DNA of 64,000 nucleotides from Pirellulales bacterium (GTDB lineage Bacteria; Planctomycetota; Planctomycetia; Pirellulales; UBA1268): NCBI GenBank assembly GCA_041744595.1, contig JBGTKO010000273.1, positions 14,644 to 78,643 of the forward strand, read 5' to 3'. Shown piece by piece: positions 61,303 to 64,000 of this stretch (position 1 is its first letter; each line of letters starts with the position of its first letter). The notes under the pieces were generated by a model. It saw only the letters and a program-made list of their open reading frames with translations, ran no database searches and was not told where the DNA came from. The position numbers and the translations under genes were made by a program.

Positions 61303-61443
61303 AAAAATCTCTCCTGGGAGTGGGCCTAGCGGAACGACTTGGTGATTCAAAACCCGCGTTTTTAGTGTTCTGAAATGATCCTACTTTCACCTGAAGGCCG
61401 GTGCAAACCAACAGCCGCCCAAGGGCGAGCGTTCGTCAAATTC

Positions 61444-62493
61444 TCACACGGGGGCGTCGGCGAGTGCCTCCCCTTCGAGCGAGTCCTCGAACGATTCCCG
61501 CAGGCCGGCGAGAAAGTCCCTCGCGTCGTCCACCGCTCGCGTCGAACCGTGCCGTGCACCAGTACCGATCGGATTTCGCGTCGCACCGAAGGCGTGCTGG
61601 ATGAATCGGCATGGAAAGCTGACGGTGAATCCGGCGATGGCCCCCATGCAGTAGATTCCTTGACCCAAGGCTCGTCCGAGCTCACCATAGCTACTGGCAC
61701 GCGTGCGAAACGGTGCCGGTGGAATGTTTTCCACGAGCCGATGGTCGCGAAGCCATCGCTCCTGAAAGATTCGCCGAGCCGTCTCGTCAACCGAGTGCAT
61801 AAACTGGTTGTCGAAAATGAAGGCGGCAGCCGTACCCACGATCGGCACGAAGTCGAGCGCCTCCTCGGCCAGAAAAGCGCGGCCGGCCCTGTTCAGGACG
61901 TTCTGCTCGTCTGCCAGCGACTCGGCGTGATTTTCGATGGCGGAATGAAGCGACTCGACGATACGTGTGCGGACCACGGGATCATGCAGCAGAGCGATTT
62001 CGAGGATGTCGATCACGGTAGCCCGATCGGCTGGCTCTGTCAGCGAGTACCCGTAGCAATGACCGATCCTGGCAATCGAGCGGAGCGCCGCGATTAACTG
62101 TTGAGGCGCATGAAACAGCGGGCCACCCAACGAGGCCGCCGCTCCTTCCAAAACAGCGAACTTCTCGGCCCTGGCCGTGAACAGCCGCGCCAGCCGATCG
62201 CAGGTTTCGAGAGGCGCTCCGCCGAGCTCGCTCACGTCGGCAACGCCGGCTGCTTCGGCAACGTCGGCCCTGACGTCTGACTTGGCCGCGATCGTCTCCA
62301 TCGAGAAGACGACCTTGGCCACCACACGCTTGGGGACCGCATGCGCCACCGCCCAGGTCACCGGAGCCGTCAGGGTATCAACCAGTTGAGCCAGGCGACT
62401 CGGACCCTGACTCTTCCAGGTGGCAATCGCCCGCACCTGGGTTTCCTCGTAGGGACTGAGTGTGCTCAGAGGTCTCGTATCAGCTTCGTTCAT
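61444..62493 (-). CDS. EcsC-family protein
   Basis: LSPYEETQVRAIATWKSQGPSRL, FAVLEGAAASLGGPLFHAPQQLIAALRSIARIGHCYGY and VPIVGTAAAFIFDNQFM fit the EcsC domain pattern. Confidence 0.75.
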   Translation of the reverse strand: MNEADTRPLSTLSPYEETQVRAIATWKSQGPSRLAQLVDTLTAPVTWAVAHAVPKRVVAKVVFSMETIAAKSDVRADVAEAAGVADVSELGGAPLETCDRLARLFTARAEKFAVLEGAAASLGGPLFHAPQQLIAALRSIARIGHCYGYSLTEPADRATVIDILEIALLHDPVVRTRIVESLHSAIENHAESLADEQNVLNRAGRAFLAEEALDFVPIVGTAAAFIFDNQFMHSVDETARRIFQERWLRDHRLVENIPPAPFRTRASSYGELGRALGQGIYCMGAIAGFTVSFPCRFIQHAFGATRNPIGTGARHGSTRAVDDARDFLAGLRESFEDSLEGEALADAPV

Positions 62494-62842
62494 GGCGATT
62501 CTCCGGAAGGTGGGCGATCGATGGAGTGGTCACGGCAGTGGGATAGCGTCGTTCCATATCGTCCAGGTATCGAATGAGTTGCTCGATTCCTTTGCCATGG
62601 ATTTTAGGGCAGCGTTTGCCGAGCCAACGGTTGACCGAACGAAACCCTCGAGGCCAGAGCATCAGTCCCCCGGCGATCAAGGCCGGAGTGCCGACGATCC
62701 CGGGCAGCGCGATCCCGAGCACGCCGATCGTAACCAACAGCACACCGATCTCGCGGGGCATCGTCGCGAGACGTTCATGAAGCTCTCGTTCGACCGCGGA
62801 CCCGGTTTCCACAGGCACCGTTGAACCAGGATGGTCGCTCAT
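62480..62842 (-). CDS. Small hypothetical membrane protein, translationally coupled to the upstream ATPase-like gene
   Basis: The ATG at 62842 shares one nucleotide with the upstream TGA (TGATG). TM helices IGVLLVTIGVLGIALPGIVG and ALIAGGLMLWP. 14-nt overlap with the ecsC-like start. Confidence 0.55.
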   Translation of the reverse strand: MSDHPGSTVPVETGSAVERELHERLATMPREIGVLLVTIGVLGIALPGIVGTPALIAGGLMLWPRGFRSVNRWLGKRCPKIHGKGIEQLIRYLDDMERRYPTAVTTPSIAHLPENRHERS

Positions 62843-64000
62843 CAGGAAGCCCTCGGCAAGTCGTGTGACCTTGACCGTCCTTCGAGCCTCGGAAGCATGG
62901 CTCGCTGGCGGAGCCAATGCAGGCGACGGCGACGGCGGAGGCCCCCACTGGCCCGGCGGTAAATGCCGAGCGTGCCCAGGTTTGTCACGACCGCGGCAAT
63001 CACGCTGGTAAACCCGAAGAGGAAGGCTCCTGCGACGCAGACGGCGTTCGGGATGATAGAGAGCCTCCGGGAAGTCGCCAGTCGGCCTCGACGGTCGGCG
63101 GCGGCGGCGAGAAGCCCTCCGAGCGAAGCCAGGTCACCGGACAGGCAGATCACCCCGGCCACGGACACCGACGGATCGGCCGACAGGCCGAGCGCGATGG
63201 TCACGTCGGCCTCCGCAGCAAACTCCGACACCGTTTCCGGAAGCCCGACGAGTGCAACCTTCCTGCCAGCCCGTCTCAACGACTCGAGGCGGTCGCGAAC
63301 AGCCTCATGCTCGCCGTCCACCTGTTCGGTCCGCGGAAGGTCACCGTTCGCCTCTGGCGACCCGGCCACGATCACGTGCAGTGGCCGGCACTCCTGAATC
63401 TGCTCGAGGCCGCGTGCCGCTCGGCTCTTGGTCCCCGGGCTGAACTCGAATGTCGCATGGCACACTCCGTTGACCTCGAGGATGAGGGGCCGGCTTGCCT
63501 TGGTCAGGGCCTGGCCTTCTGCCAACGCCACACGGGTCTGACCGCGGTGACACACGATCCGCAGGCCTCGCTCATCGCCGAACGAATCGGGCACCATGTC
63601 AGTGAGATAGCAGCCGCGGTCGGTAGCCAGTCGCGCAAGCGCTTCCCGCCGCGGATCCGCGAGGTGTCGAGCCATGCTTGCAGCCAGCCTGATGATCTCG
63701 TCCTCAGTCGCCTTGTCTCGCGCCGGTGGGATGATTCTGGCCACTTCGACTTCGGGCTCATGAAGCGCGGAATGGCCGATGATGAGGAGCGTGTCGATGG
63801 CATGGAGTTCATCGAGCACCCGCGGTCCGGTGAGAAGGCAGCCGGCGCTCAAGCCACAGGCCATGGCGTCGAGATCTTCGAACGACAGGGACATTGCTTC
63901 GGCGCTGCCATAGTCGGGGCGGAGGATGGCCACTGCCGTGGTGACATCGCCGGCGAGCAGACCAAGACCGGCCGTTGCCAGCGTCGGTCCGGCAAACTGC
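62842..64000 (-). CDS. P1B-type (heavy-metal) P-type ATPase homologue with degenerate catalytic motifs; 5' end outside the window
   Basis: The frame is open to the window edge. It is colinear with the CopA/ZntA C-terminal half. IDTLLIIGHSALHEP occupies the position of vDtvvfDKTGTLTeg. KVALVGLPETVSEFAAEADVTIALG occupies the position of kVamVGDGINDapALaaAdvGiAmG. The two C-terminal TM helices are retained. Confidence 0.8.
   Translation of the reverse strand, partial: QFAGPTLATAGLGLLAGDVTTAVAILRPDYGSAEAMSLSFEDLDAMACGLSAGCLLTGPRVLDELHAIDTLLIIGHSALHEPEVEVARIIPPARDKATEDEIIRLAASMARHLADPRREALARLATDRGCYLTDMVPDSFGDERGLRIVCHRGQTRVALAEGQALTKASRPLILEVNGVCHATFEFSPGTKSRAARGLEQIQECRPLHVIVAGSPEANGDLPRTEQVDGEHEAVRDRLESLRRAGRKVALVGLPETVSEFAAEADVTIALGLSADPSVSVAGVICLSGDLASLGGLLAAAADRRGRLATSRRLSIIPNAVCVAGAFLFGFTSVIAAVVTNLGTLGIYRRASGGLRRRRRLHWLRQRAMLPRLEGRSRSHDLPRAS

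Overview
Visibly GC-rich bacterial chromosome segment, roughly two-thirds G+C by eye (not computed). Gene content suggests Planctomycetota; this is inference only. The hints are HEAT-tailed repeat proteins, a MoxR/DUF58/BatA-VWA operon, a PEP-CTERM protein and a planctomycete-style porin remnant.

Block 1 (1-16 kb): a tightly packed, partly translationally coupled MoxR AAA+ / DUF58 / BatA-like / VWA operon. A 1,420-aa TPR + beta-propeller protein sits between MoxR and DUF58. A TrhO-RluA fusion gene follows.

Block 2 (16-43.4 kb): a type VI secretion system (T6SS) locus.
- Two hcp genes and clpV.
- A plus-strand spike module: DUF3540-like, DUF4150 PAAR-like, short vgrG, an in-frame detached 204-aa ORF, a DUF2169-pentapeptide fusion, a 660-aa pentapeptide protein, a small membrane protein, DUF4280 PAAR-like and a PEP-CTERM protein.
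- A minus-strand core operon: tssK-tssL-tssM(short)-tssA-tssB-tssC-tssC2-tagJ-tssE-tssF-tssG.
- Unusual points: TssM stops right after its third TM helix, so it has no periplasmic domain, and its Walker A is degenerate. There is no tssJ, tssC is duplicated in tandem, and I see no recognisable toxin domain.

Divergent from tssK (43.6-56.4 kb) lie two ~1,700-aa single-pass membrane proteins that share a paralogous N-terminal degenerate caspase-like domain, a Cys-rich HEAT-like protein and an OM beta-barrel. This is my main candidate for an undescribed envelope-spanning T6SS accessory module.

Block 3 (56.4-64 kb): a frameshifted porin remnant, two CaCA-family cation antiporters, an EcsC-family protein, and a P-type ATPase homologue with degenerate catalytic motifs that runs off the window.

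No rRNA, tRNA, CRISPR array or transposase was seen. All family calls come from motif recognition by eye; no searches were run.
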